Shown here in pieces: positions 26,591-38,100 of a stretch of DNA of 64,000 nt. Numbering within the stretch: position 1 is the stretch's first letter; every line of letters begins with the position of its first letter. The position numbers were made by a program, and so were the translations under genes. The notes below the pieces were generated by a model. It was not told the origin of the DNA. It saw nothing but the letters and a program-made list of their open reading frames with translations, and searched no databases. The DNA comes from Patescibacteria group bacterium (lineage in GTDB: Bacteria > Patescibacteriota > Patescibacteriia > UBA10025 > JAHIVO01): contig JAZDEZ010000003.1 in NCBI GenBank assembly GCA_043808365.1, positions 2,628-66,627 on the forward strand, read 5' to 3'.

Positions 26591-27214
26591 TTATTGATTC
26601 GTATTAGCTATCGCGTTGGTTAAATCGTATAACTTCCCCTCACCGAGAGGATTGTACCCATTCCTCACTTCCGTACCGTCGTCCTGGCCGTCGCCGTCCG
26701 AATCCGGCTTCAACGGGTCTGTCTTGTAGACCTTAGCCTCTTCCCGGTCAAAAAGGCCGTCGCCGTCAGAATCGGCTTTGCTGGTATCCGTGCCTATTTT
26801 TTGCTCATCCGCGTCGGTCAGGCCGTCGCCGTCAGTATCGGCAACAACTGCGTTAACTGCGTTTACCGTGGAAACATTCACGGGCACGGCCGTGTCATTG
26901 CCGCTCGCGCCCGATTGGGCGGGCGTCGTCTGGGGCGCGGAATCGGCGGTATCTTTAGTAAACAATCCGCCGCGCCACGCGGCCAGCGCTCCGGCAGCCA
27001 GCAGGACAACTGCCAGCGCGATACCGGCCGCCATAAAACGCCGATTGCCAAAAAACACTCTGCCGCCGGCCCCTGCGGACGAGGCCGCTGGCAAGGGCCT
27101 GGTCGGCGGCGCTGAATTCGATCCGCGCCCAGCCATCCCTCCGGCAGGTTTTTTTACGCCGGCGCGGTCCGTGGCCTCAAAAATATCCTCTATTTTTTTC
27201 GGAGCGTTTGCCAT
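26591..27214 (-). CDS. Membrane-anchored TSP3-repeat protein
   Basis: 207 aa with a TM anchor, then four DxDxDG-type repeats (DTDGDGLTD, DSDGDGLFD, DSDGDGQDD). Confidence 0.7.
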   Translation of the reverse strand: MANAPKKIEDIFEATDRAGVKKPAGGMAGRGSNSAPPTRPLPAASSAGAGGRVFFGNRRFMAAGIALAVVLLAAGALAAWRGGLFTKDTADSAPQTTPAQSGASGNDTAVPVNVSTVNAVNAVVADTDGDGLTDADEQKIGTDTSKADSDGDGLFDREEAKVYKTDPLKPDSDGDGQDDGTEVRNGYNPLGEGKLYDLTNAIANTNQ

Positions 27215-27308
27215 AAACAGGTGTGATTAAAAAACAGCTGAAATACATCCTGCCAACTACGGACGTCTCACCACCCAAGGTGCAGGCGCTATTTTTTGAA
27301 ACTCAGCC

Positions 27309-28559
27309 CTACTGACAGACGCAGGTCGTCTTGGTAGTAGTTACGTTTACCGTGATTAACGGGCTGTTAGACGAACTGGCGGCGTCGTAGGCAATGGCGT
27401 AGACGCTTTTCGGGGTGGTGGTGGTCAATGGCAACGAACAGACCAGCACCTCACCAATCTTACAAATAGGTGTCGCCGTAAAACCCGCTATCAACGGGAT
27501 AATACTCGCGGCCACAGCCATGGTGGCATTGATCGATTTTCCGTTTGCCACGGCCGTGCTGAATGCCCCGCCGCCAGCCATGCTGTAAAGCTCCAGCTTG
27601 GTTACAGCGAGGTCATCTTCCGCGTGCACCGAAAATTGGACAGTATCGGTGCTGGCGAAGGTGCTGCCGGTCGCGGGCGCGGTAATATTAACGTTAAAAG
27701 GGGGTCCGGCAGGCGTAATATTGACGGTGACCAGGCGGGTCGCCGCGGCCGTCAGGCCCGCCCCATTATGCGCGACTGCCCTCAAGGTATAGCTTCCATT
27801 GGCCACGCCGCTGAGATTGAACACCCAGGTGTAATTATGGCTGCCGGCCGGCTGGTCAAAAAATTGCGTGTCGCGCGGAGCCGCCTCGGTATCGAGATAA
27901 AATTCCACTTTAGCGACCGCGCTTTCGGCATCCGCGGCGTTTGCCGTTACCGAATAGCTGGCCGCGGAGATTGCGGCTCCATCCGCCGCCGGAGAGGTAA
28001 TGGAAATTACCGGCGCAGTGGTATCGGTCGGAGCGGTGTTCGTGTTTGCGTTCGTAAAAGAATTAATCGTGCTGATGTTGGTATTAGTTGGGATGGTACC
28101 GACGGTCGGGTCACCGACGGTCAGGTCACCGCCGGACTGGCTCGCCGGGTTGCCCAGCCGGTCGGACATCTTCAGGGTGAGCGCGTACACGCCACCCGCG
28201 GTGCCCCCCGCGTTCCAGGAGCCGCCGAACGTCTCATCACCCGCCGCGCCGTCGGCGTTCCTCCCGTAGTCATACATCATGACGCGGGCGACGACCGCGC
28301 CACCGGGCTTGGCCAGCTCGACGAACACGGACTCCACGCCGGACACGTCGGTCACCCGCGCGGTGAAGGTAACCGTCCCGTTCTTGGCCACCTGCGTGGC
28401 GCTCAGGTTCAGGTGGCCCACCACGGCCGGCCCGGCAGAGGGCGCCACCTCGAAGGTCGGCTTGGCGTCTTCGGCGCGCACCGCGATATAGGAAGCAAGC
28501 GACAGCCCGACCGCGAGCGCCGCTCCGAGAAATACCTTCTGTTTTGTGTTCATACGCAT
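27309..28559 (-). CDS. Secreted protein with tandem Ig-like (bacterial Ig) domains
   Basis: 416 aa with a signal peptide ending ...AVRAED. It has repeated beta-rich modules (KVEFYLD..., GSYTLRAVAHNGAG). The fold assignment is by pattern only. Confidence 0.6.
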   Translation of the reverse strand: MRMNTKQKVFLGAALAVGLSLASYIAVRAEDAKPTFEVAPSAGPAVVGHLNLSATQVAKNGTVTFTARVTDVSGVESVFVELAKPGGAVVARVMMYDYGRNADGAAGDETFGGSWNAGGTAGGVYALTLKMSDRLGNPASQSGGDLTVGDPTVGTIPTNTNISTINSFTNANTNTAPTDTTAPVISITSPAADGAAISAASYSVTANAADAESAVAKVEFYLDTEAAPRDTQFFDQPAGSHNYTWVFNLSGVANGSYTLRAVAHNGAGLTAAATRLVTVNITPAGPPFNVNITAPATGSTFASTDTVQFSVHAEDDLAVTKLELYSMAGGGAFSTAVANGKSINATMAVAASIIPLIAGFTATPICKIGEVLVCSLPLTTTTPKSVYAIAYDAASSSNSPLITVNVTTTKTTCVCQ

Positions 28560-28645
28560 AAAATTACTATTAATGCTTATAATTTACCGTTAGTATACAA
28601 CATTATTGGCTTTTTTTGTATAAATTTTTCAAAAACTTCCTAGCT

Positions 28646-28739
28646 ACTTTTCCGCCAAAGGCGGATCAGCCTCTGGCTGAAGTGGCGTAACCAGCTGCCT
28701 GACTTGCGCCCGAGGCGCATCCGCTTCCCGCGGAAAAGT
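28646..28739. repeat. 94-nt array of four short GC hairpins bounded by a 10-bp inverted repeat
   Basis: The termini are ACTTTTCCGC...GCGGAAAAGT. The internal hairpins are TCCGCC-aaa-GGCGGA, TCAGCC-tct-GGCTGA, GCGCC-cga-GGCGC and CCGC-ttcc-(c)GCGG. The first 19 nt recur exactly at 43861-43879. Confidence 0.55.
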
Positions 28740-28781
28740 CAATTAGAAGAATTTAAACTGAAGTCAGTGTCCCCGACTGAA

Positions 28782-29018
28782 CTACTCATTCGCGTCCTGC
28801 TTCGCGGCCAAATAATCCAATACGTCCTGATCCGTGATTTTGCCCGGACCCGAGGGGTTATAGCCCCTGGCCGCTTCTTCGCCGTCGCTGAAACCGTCAG
28901 CGTCCGTGTTGGGATTGTTTGGGTCTGTTGCGTAAATCCCGAATTCTTCCCAGTCGTCAAGCCCGTCGCCGTCCGTGTCTTTCTTGGCCGGATCGGTTTT
29001 GATCAGGTCCGCGCCCAT
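28782..29018 (-). CDS. TSP3-repeat fragment without signal peptide or anchor (possible gene remnant)
   Basis: 78 aa from the ATG at 29018, containing DTDGDGLDD and NTDADGFSDGEE repeats. There is no N-terminal hydrophobic segment, unlike the paralogs. Confidence 0.4.
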   Translation of the reverse strand: MGADLIKTDPAKKDTDGDGLDDWEEFGIYATDPNNPNTDADGFSDGEEAARGYNPSGPGKITDQDVLDYLAAKQDANE

Positions 29019-29129
29019 CAATTATAATATGAAGCTTGGTTCGTGCTATATAGTATAGCCTATTTCCGTACTCTTCAGTACTCGCCGCGCAGACGGCTAC
29101 GGCGCCTGTAGCGAATCTCGCCCCGACTC

Positions 29130-32100
29130 CTATTGGCAGTAATATTTCAAAACCATTACAAGACCTGCACCCGGGAGATCACCAGTATTCACCCAGCTAT
29201 TTCCGTTGTCTGTCGTCCTAAAAACCTCGCCAAGCGGTTGAGTTCCAGCGAAGATCGATCCATCGCTGGCTTGGAGGAGGGAAAAGACACGTGTAGCACC
29301 CGGGAGATTACCAGTATTCACCCAGCTATTTCCGTTGTCTGTTGACCTGAAAACATCACCAACCGGATCAGTTCCAGCGTAGATCGACCCATCGCTGGCT
29401 TGGAGGAGGGAATAGACCTTCTGTGCAAACGGGAGATCACCAGTATTCACCCAGCTATTTCCGTTGTCTGTCGTCCTAAAAACATCGCCACTCAATCTAG
29501 TTCCAGCGTAGATCGACCCATCGCTGGCTTGGAGGAGGGAATGGACCCCAGTTTGACCCAGGAGCTCACCAGTATTCACCCAGCTATTTCCGTTGTCTGT
29601 CGACCTGAAAACATCGCCAAACCATTCAGTTCCAGCGTAGAGCGACCCATCGCTGGCTTGGAGGAGGGAATGGACCTTACTTGCACCCAGGAGCTCACCA
29701 GTATTTACCCAGTTATTTCCGTTGTCTGTCGACCTGAAAACATCGCCTCCTACCAAACCAGTTCCAGCGTAGATCGACCCATCGCTGGCTCGGATAAGTT
29801 TATAGTACTCCTGTGCACCCGAGATATTACCAATATCAAACCAGGTACCTCCATTGTTTATTGTCCCCCGAATTAATGACGTTTCACCTCCGCCGAGGAT
29901 CCACCCATTACTGGCTTGGATGAGGGAAAGAACTGTACCTGCACCAATGGGACTACCACCATTACTATTAGTCCAGCTATTTCCGTTATCTGTCGACCTG
30001 AAAACAAAGCCTTCAAAAGTTCCGGCGTATATAGAACACACGGGATTGATAACAAAGGTCAATATCCGGGTTGCCACTGCCGCACAAGGGGCATTACCTA
30101 CAGCTGTAAAGGTAACAGTGTAAATACCGGTGGTTGGCGTGCCGGAATACTCGCCGGTTCCGGTGTTGAGCGTGAGGCCTGGGACTGAACCCGCGGTAAT
30201 TGCCCAGGTGAGTGGCTCGGTGCCGGTGCGGGCGATGACGTAAGAATAGGCAGTACCAGAACTGGCGGCAGGGGGAAATTGGGGAATAATGGCGGCATTG
30301 GCGCAGCACCCGCCAGTCGTCGCATTGCAAATTGGAGTAATGACGGGGCAGGCCGCGCAAAGAGCTCCACCCGTGCCGCATTGAGCGTTGCTTTGACTGG
30401 CATAAGGCACGCAGGTTCCCCCAGCGGTACAGCAGCCACCAGGACAGGTGGCCGGGCTGCACGCGGGGGCCACGCAAGACCCATTGCTTAGGTCGCAAGT
30501 AGTAGTTGGAGCACCGCACGCGGCGCAGGCCAATCCATTTGGTCCGCATTGAGCGTTGCTTTGACTGGCATAAGGCACGCAGGTTCCCCCAGCGGTACAG
30601 CAGCCACCAGGACAGGTGGCCGGGCTGCACGCGGGGGCCACACACACGCCCGCATTGCAGGTTTGACCAGCGGGGCAGGCCACGCAAACAGCGGAATTCA
30701 AACCGCATTGAGCAACGGTCGACGGAGTGCAGGTAGTGCCATTGCAACAGCCGGCGCAGGTAGTGGGCAAGCAATCAGTGTCTCGGCAACGGTTACAGCC
30801 GACTGGACAATAGCCATCAATCGTGCTGCACGCAGCTGCATTAATGTCAATGTTATAATTTATTGGCGCGGAATCCCCGCAGGCGTTGGACGCTGTAACG
30901 CCTATGCCGGCCTTAAATCCCATGTTGAGCGGAGTGCCCGAGAATCGACCGGTGCCGGTATCGAAGGTAATGTTGAAGGTCGACAGCGACGGCGCTCCCG
31001 TATTAATCGACCAATTTGTCGGATAATTGCTGGCCCGCAACGTGGCAGTAAATGCCTGGGCCTGCCTAACGGTGATCGTATGAGTGGCTGGAATATACCA
31101 ATTGAACAGCCCAGTCAATGTGACGCCGGTCTCGTCAATGACTGGAGGGTGCAGGCATTCCACGCACTCAATATTTTCCAGCTCGCTGGCATTGCCATTT
31201 ATATCCTGGGCCACGATATCCACGAAGTACGGGTCGTTCGCGGTCGATGTCCACGTGCCTTCATATACGCCGTTTTTTTCGTCACCGGAAATCCTACCCA
31301 AGTTGATGATGATGATGTTGACATTAGATTCATCGGGACTCTGAATCAAAGCTTTCGGCCCGTTCAGAGGAGTCGTGTCAACTCCTTCGCTATCAGCCAG
31401 CCTGACCTGGATGGTAAAGCTCGTTCCGGCAATCCCGGAGCACGGCGTGGCCGCCGCGTCAGTAATAACCGGCCCGCCCAGGCCGCGGATATTGTATTTC
31501 CGCTCAATACTGGTGCTGCGGTTGCCGCGGGCGTCCAGCGCGTCCACCTGGAACGAATGCCAACCGCTAGAGATGTTTGCCGTATTGACCGTCCATACCC
31601 AGCCGCCCAGGTCGCCTGCCAGCACCGTGCGCATCAGCACATGGTCCCGATAAAAATTCACGCGGTTGACCCCATAATCATCCTGCGCGTCAACCGCCAG
31701 AGTAATAGGATTGGTAACCACCGAAATATTGTCGTCTGGCGTCGGCGGGATAAACGCGACTGTCGGCGCCTGGCTGTCATCCCAAGCCACGTCTATCGGG
31801 ATAAAAAGAGTTGACGCGGAGACATTCCCGGAGTCGTCATAGGCGTACGCCGCCACCCGATGCCCGGCGCAGGTCAGGCCGGCTTGGCAGGCGGCATCCT
31901 CGTTGCATTGGACGCCGGAGCCGACGGCAACCGCGCAAGTGTCGCCTGACTGCGGGCAATCGCTGTCGCTGACGCAGGCCTGCAGGCCGGCTTGGCAATG
32001 GCTGGCGCAGATTCCCCTCATCAGGCCGGCCGTGCTCCAGCTCCAATTCCAAGTGTTCAGGGCGCACGTATCTGGCGCCGTACACTCACTGTCATTCGCG

Positions 32101-35100
32101 CAGGCAGTACCAGCACTGGCGCAATATCCCGGCTGATGGATGGCATTGCTCCTGAACAGCCCATCCACGTAAAACTTCACTTCAGCCACCGATTTATTGT
32201 CAGTGGCCGTCACCGGCACATTGACCGTACCGCTCCGCAAGCAAATGTTGTCCCCTGGCGGTGCTAAGCTATCAAGGCAAGCGGCCATATTTGACTGGGA
32301 ACAGATGGCATTGAAATCACAGATGCCATTATTGGGACAGGGATTAATGTAATCACAGGGGCCGTTTGGCGCGTCACGGCACGTGCCCTGCCCGCACATT
32401 CCCCCGACTTCATTGAACACCACCGTCGGCGCCACCGATTCAAGGTTATCGACATTGACAGTGATCGACGTGGATCCAGTCCAGCCGCCGCTGTCAGTGG
32501 CTATGGCTGAAATGGCATACGCGCCATTAGGCACAGTGGTAGAGTCCCACGGCGGGGCAAATGAACAGCTAAGCGTCGACGTCGTATTTCCGCCACAGCT
32601 ATAACTGTCCACCACGATCGCACTCGCGCTGTCCCTCACTTCCAGGTCGACGCTTTGCACTGCCCGATTATCAGTCGCCAGCGCGTTGATCTGCACGCCA
32701 TTGCTGATTGTCGCCCGTACCCGGACAATCCGGGCGTTCATAATATCGGTAATATACAGGTTATTGCCATTCAGAACCACGTCAGTGGGTTGGTTAAGTT
32801 GGGACAGCCTATCCCCCGCCGTGCCGGTCTCGCCGAAGACATGGACTAATTTCGTCAGGTCTGTATCCATGGCCACAATTTCATGATTGTCCCGATTAGC
32901 TATATAAATAGTGTTGCCAGCCACGTCCAAACCGATTGGTATGTTTAAATCGAGCGTCGTTAAACTTTTAATTAACACCAAATCCGGGCTGTATTTGTCT
33001 ACGCTGCGGGAATTATAACGGGTAATATAAATATTCCCGGCTGAATCCAAATCTATACCGCCGATATCTCCCGTAGGAACACTATAGTATTTTTCAGTCA
33101 ACCCGCTAGTCGGATTAAAAATGACTAATATGCGGAATCTAATGACAGCGATTATTTTTCCGTCGGCCGCGCCAACGGCATGGGTAATGCTGCCGGTCAT
33201 CCAGCCCGGGATCGGCACGCCGCCGATAACGCCTGGAATTTCATATACCGCCTTAGGCGGGTCGCCGGGCTTGGCATCTGCCGCGTAACGGACTACCCGA
33301 CGGCCAAGGGGTGGCGTATAGGTAACCAGCATGTCGCCATTCGACTTGTCCTGCCGCACCCAATAAATATGGCCATTACCTTCGCTTAAATCTAATGGTG
33401 ATGGTAGTGGAAATTCTAATGTCGAAATGGGGGTATTTGCCGTGAGATTGCTGTCATACCGGTTGATCGACGAAATGAAGCCCGGTCGGTAGTCTATCCA
33501 GAACAGGGATCCGGAATTAGTCGCCTCAATGCTATTCGCGCCGGCCGCGGCCGCCGCCTTGTCAGGGCTATACGTTACGTTGCGGTTTGACACGGTCGCG
33601 CCATTCGCCGGCGCGGTGATCGTCACGAACGGCCGCGTCGTGTCCGGCTGGCTGGTGTTGTCGACGCGGATGGCGTAGTCCTGGTCCGTCTGGTTGCCCG
33701 CGTTGTCAAAAGCCCGGACGCGGACCGTATGGCTGCCGTCGGCATACCGCGTGGTGTCGAAATTCCAGCTCCAGCTGGCATTGTCCGTATCCGTAAAGGT
33801 GCGTATGCCGTCCACGTAAAATTCAACCTGGTTGACGCCTGATCCGGCATCAGACACCGTCACGTCCAAAGCCCGCGTGCCGCTCACCGTGGTCGTGGCA
33901 TCCTTAATGAGCGAATCAACGCTGTCTATGACCGGGCCGGCATGGTCCGCCGCGGTGCCGCTGACATTAAAATCATAATTAAAGCACGGACATTCCGCTA
34001 TGGGCGTCCAAATAGCAGGCGCTGCGCATGTAGTTCGGGTGGTAAATTGGGCATCAGAACAATACCCGAAATCTTCCACGCAATAATCCTGTCCCACATT
34101 GTCCCCAAGGAACCAGTCTCCGGCGTTGTTGATATGCGCACCTTCCAGATGGGCAAACAGGCTCGCGTTATTGCCGGCCGCGTTGCTCATATACTGGTAG
34201 ACGAATGAATCAGCCGGGCACTGGTACTTTTTCACCGTGTCATTCCAGCAGGTATTCTGGTCATACCCGCCTGCCTGGCTGCATAATGTCGGCGGAGCGG
34301 CTGCGACGAACTTGTCGATCGGGTCGCCGGGCAAATCACCGCCGACGGCCGCGCCGAGCGTATCCTGCCAGGAGGGCCATTTGGAGGTGGTGAGCATCTT
34401 CACGTACGAGCCGCCTTCCAGTTTCGGGAATGACCCTTTGTCAGTGCGGTATTTCAATAACTTGTCATAGATGGCCGACAGGTCAGTCACCCTCTGCATG
34501 TCGCGCTGGACATCCTCTTTTTGATACTGGTACAGGTTGACGCTGAACTCCCAATTATTGATCATCCGGTTGTATATCTCGACGGTATCTTCGGCCGCGC
34601 CCTCATTATACGAAATCAGGTAAATGTTCGGATAGAGCGGGTCGCCGTCATTCGTCCCGGACGGATTCCAGGCGGCGACATAGACGCTCCGGCCGGCCCG
34701 GACCGCCCCGTAGCCGTCCACCTGCAAATCTTGCGGTTGTGGCGCGGCCGGCCCGAACTGGCTGAAATACCATTCGCGGGCGGACTGGTTCCCCTCATTC
34801 TCATAGACGCGGATGCCGATAGCGTCGTCAGAAGACGCGTCGCGCCGCAAGAAGAAAAATTCCCTGATCAGCTCATTCTTTTCGTTGTCCGAGACATAGC
34901 TGCCTGGTTTGACAATGACGCTTGCTGGCCTGACTAATTGTGGTAGGTTGCCAGGCTCACGGCAATATGACACGGAAAAGTTCGTAACATTATCAACGTA
35001 CTGGGACGCGTCAAAATCCGGCGCCAGCGCGTTTGGCCAGGGCTTTTCGCAGGAATTGACCGTCACCCGCGCTGATGAGGTCTTTGGCCCAGTGAAAAAA

Positions 35101-38100
35101 TTCGGCACAGCCTCCACCCTGACCGTGGTCCGGCCGTTTTTCGGCTGGGCTGTTAATCCTTGATTAACATTTGTATGCAGTGTTTCGTCAATCTTGACGA
35201 TAGTCCCATCCCCGGTTGACCAATTATATGTCGCTCCGACACCGTGGCCATATTTATCCAGTGCACGTACGACTGCCCAATGCTGATTGCCAAGCACTGC
35301 TCCTGGAGACATGTCATCCGCGCATGTGTCCGTGAAACAATTATAATTATCTTGAAGCGGGGATAGAATCAAAGGAGCTCCTTGCCTTATAAAATGCCAG
35401 TGAAATGAGTCAATCGCGCAGACGGTGGCTGAAATGCTGATTGGCCACGTCCACTGCTGATTGCCGCCTGCCCAGGCAATGCCTTTAGCGCTCCGGATCA
35501 GATCTCTGTTGAGCGTAATCCTGACATCGTGGCCGGCAACGAAAACGATTTTCGGCGAAATAATGAACCCATTTACCGCGCGCGTAACGGATACGTCTAA
35601 ATCAACCCCGGTATCATCGTCCACCATAAATACCGAGGTCCCGGGGATGACTGAAGCAATGTCGATAGGCTGGTCAAATGTAAACTCGAAAACATTATTC
35701 AAACACATTAAACTGTTCGGCGGCACGGGGACGGCCGGAGCCACGCTGATGAACTGCGGCCTGGCATAGCAGCAGGTATTTTTCCCGCAGGCGATCGTGC
35801 CAGTCCCGTCATCGCATTGGACATCGCCCGGCGCGGGATTTGCCGCGTCATACGAACAGCCGCAGTAGAGGCCACGCTCATCGCCAGTGCAGGCATCCTG
35901 GTCGGGCGTGCATTTCAAACCGCCGAGGTTAACCTGCGGATCCTCATTATTTCCGTCATTATCCACATCGGGGTCGCAACAGGATATGCATGGTGAAGCA
36001 GCGGCAGGGTCAGGGGCAACATACAAGCGGCTATTGATTGCCGGCGAACCCAGTCCAGTCGGCCACAAATGGCCAACCGGGTCGATGCATCGGTAATCAC
36101 CAGTTCCTGAAACAGTCGGTCCGAGCTGGCACAAACCAGCCGCCTGATGCTCTGCGCTATCCAGTTTACACGGATCCCCCGGCCCGCCGGTACTGCATAC
36201 GGCCAGCGGCTGGCAGATCTTTGCATGGACCAGACTGCTGTAGGCGCAGCAGCCGGTCCCGCATTGAGCGGAATTATCGCACGTTATGCCGAATGTCAGG
36301 CTGTTTGACGCGCAATATCCAACGCCGCTCTGTACGGCGACATTCGCCGGTCCAGTGATGGCTGTACCGGGTACCGTCACTCCGCTAAATAATTTTCCCG
36401 TCCCGTCATCCTTACCGTCTGCCGCGTCAACTAACCCGCCGCCGTCCTCGGTGAATTGGGCTTTGACTACCGGCCAAGCGCCGTTTAACGTGAAATTATA
36501 ACCATCAAATGAGGTCTGACTCCCATTTTTACCGGACGAGGGATTGATCGAACATATTCCCGGCACGCCGGTACCTGGCACGGGAATTCCGATTCCACAG
36601 GTACTATTAACTTCAAACACTGTGCCATATATACCTGGATCTGACACCAATCCATCGCTAGTTTGCATATAAACAGCCATGATCTGTGAAACAATAGGCG
36701 GTACAAGAATGTCGGGCGGCACTGTCGTGATAATCTGGCTATCGGTCCAGGGCTTGGGGCAGAAAAATATGCTTTCAAAGGTGTCAAAAAGCACCTTGCT
36801 GACCCCGGCCACATACGGCCCGAAATAACACCCCTCGATGGTCACGGTCGTACCGGGCTGTCCGGCATTCGGACTCATTACGCCGCTGGTTGGAGAAATT
36901 TTTTTGGTGACTGGCGTACATTTGTCTTTGGCAATATTACAGACACTGCCCGGACAGGCGGCAGCACAGACTCCGGGGTTGAACGCGCACGCATCAAGAG
37001 ATACGCGCAGTCTCGCCTGGCCGGTCTTGCCCTCGGTAGCCGCGCTGATAATAGTCTGCCCGACGCTCAGGGCCGTGGCCGTCCTCTGATATGGCGGTTG
37101 AGGAGGCACTTGCGCAAGAGTCGCCACTGGTAAATTTGACGAAGCCCAAGTCCAGGCGTAACTCAACGGGTTCATGAACATGCATGCCGGTCCGAGCGGC
37201 AATGAACTGTATACTTGAGTCGAGCCTGGAGCTGGGTCAATTTCCGTCAATATCGTAGTGCCTGGGGGCGAGACTAGCACTTGCGTCACCGGGCAGGCGG
37301 CCGTGCCGACCTGCGTTTTTACTACCCACTGGTAATCAGCGCTCATCTTCACGTTGCCTGGCGGCGCGCTCCGGACTTCTTTGCTGATAATTACTTTATA
37401 ATAATGGTTATCAGTCAAATTCGCCGGCGGAGCAAAAGTGAAGCTCACGTTATTTGGCGGCGCGTACGTGGTGAAATTCGCCGCCGGGATGACGATTTCA
37501 TTCGTCGTCGCGCAGGCGGCAGTATTATCAGTGCAATCATAAAGCTTGATATTTGCGTTAGATAGCGTCCCATTATCCATTTGGACATCAGCGCCGGTAC
37601 TATTTACGAAATTCGCCCCAAAAACTGCGTTCAAACAAACGTTAGTAGTTCCTTTGTACGGGTTAGGAGACGGGATTGCCGCGGGTAAACACGCGCCGCC
37701 CGGACAGTCGCCCGGGTCATTACAGCTCTTGCCGACATTCGCCCCGCCGACACATAAGAAACTGCACGTCCGGCTTTCCTTCACTCTCGGTACGCCGCCG
37801 CAGGGCACGTCAAATGGCATGGCATTGCTGGCGCCATTAGCATTCGTGAGGTTCACTTTATAGTCTTCGGCGTTATCAAGATTTGGCACAACGGCTCTGA
37901 CCGTATCCACCGGATTATTCCATGAACCGGCGACCGGCGCGACGGAAAACGGCGCCGCCAGCCCAAGACGGAAGCCGACACTATAGGGTCCCGCCCCGGC
38001 TATGTTCTCACCGCTCAACGTTACGGTCGTGCCCTGTGTCCCACAAATCGGATTGACCTGGCATAGTCCTGGTCCGGCCGTTTCATTCGTATATATGAAA

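Noticed and set aside
29133-30050. A CRISPR-like array, suggested by the regular 129-bp periodicity.
   Set aside because: The repeats are long, contiguous and in frame within the giant ORF, encoding BNR blades. There is no repeat-spacer structure and there are no cas genes.
30376-30641. A DGR template/variable repeat pair, given the duplicated 98 nt in a surface protein and an Avd-like gene elsewhere.
   Set aside because: The two copies are 100% identical with no adenine-specific differences. Both are coding in the same gene. No reverse transcriptase gene is present in the window.
27624-31814. Long plus-strand ORFs (27624-28643, 339 aa; 30549-31814, 421 aa) and similar antisense ORFs at 20273-20935 and 40351-40980.
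   Set aside because: They are shadow ORFs opposite well-supported minus-strand genes in GC-rich DNA. Their translations are Arg/Gly/Pro-rich with no motifs, and they have no SD or promoter.
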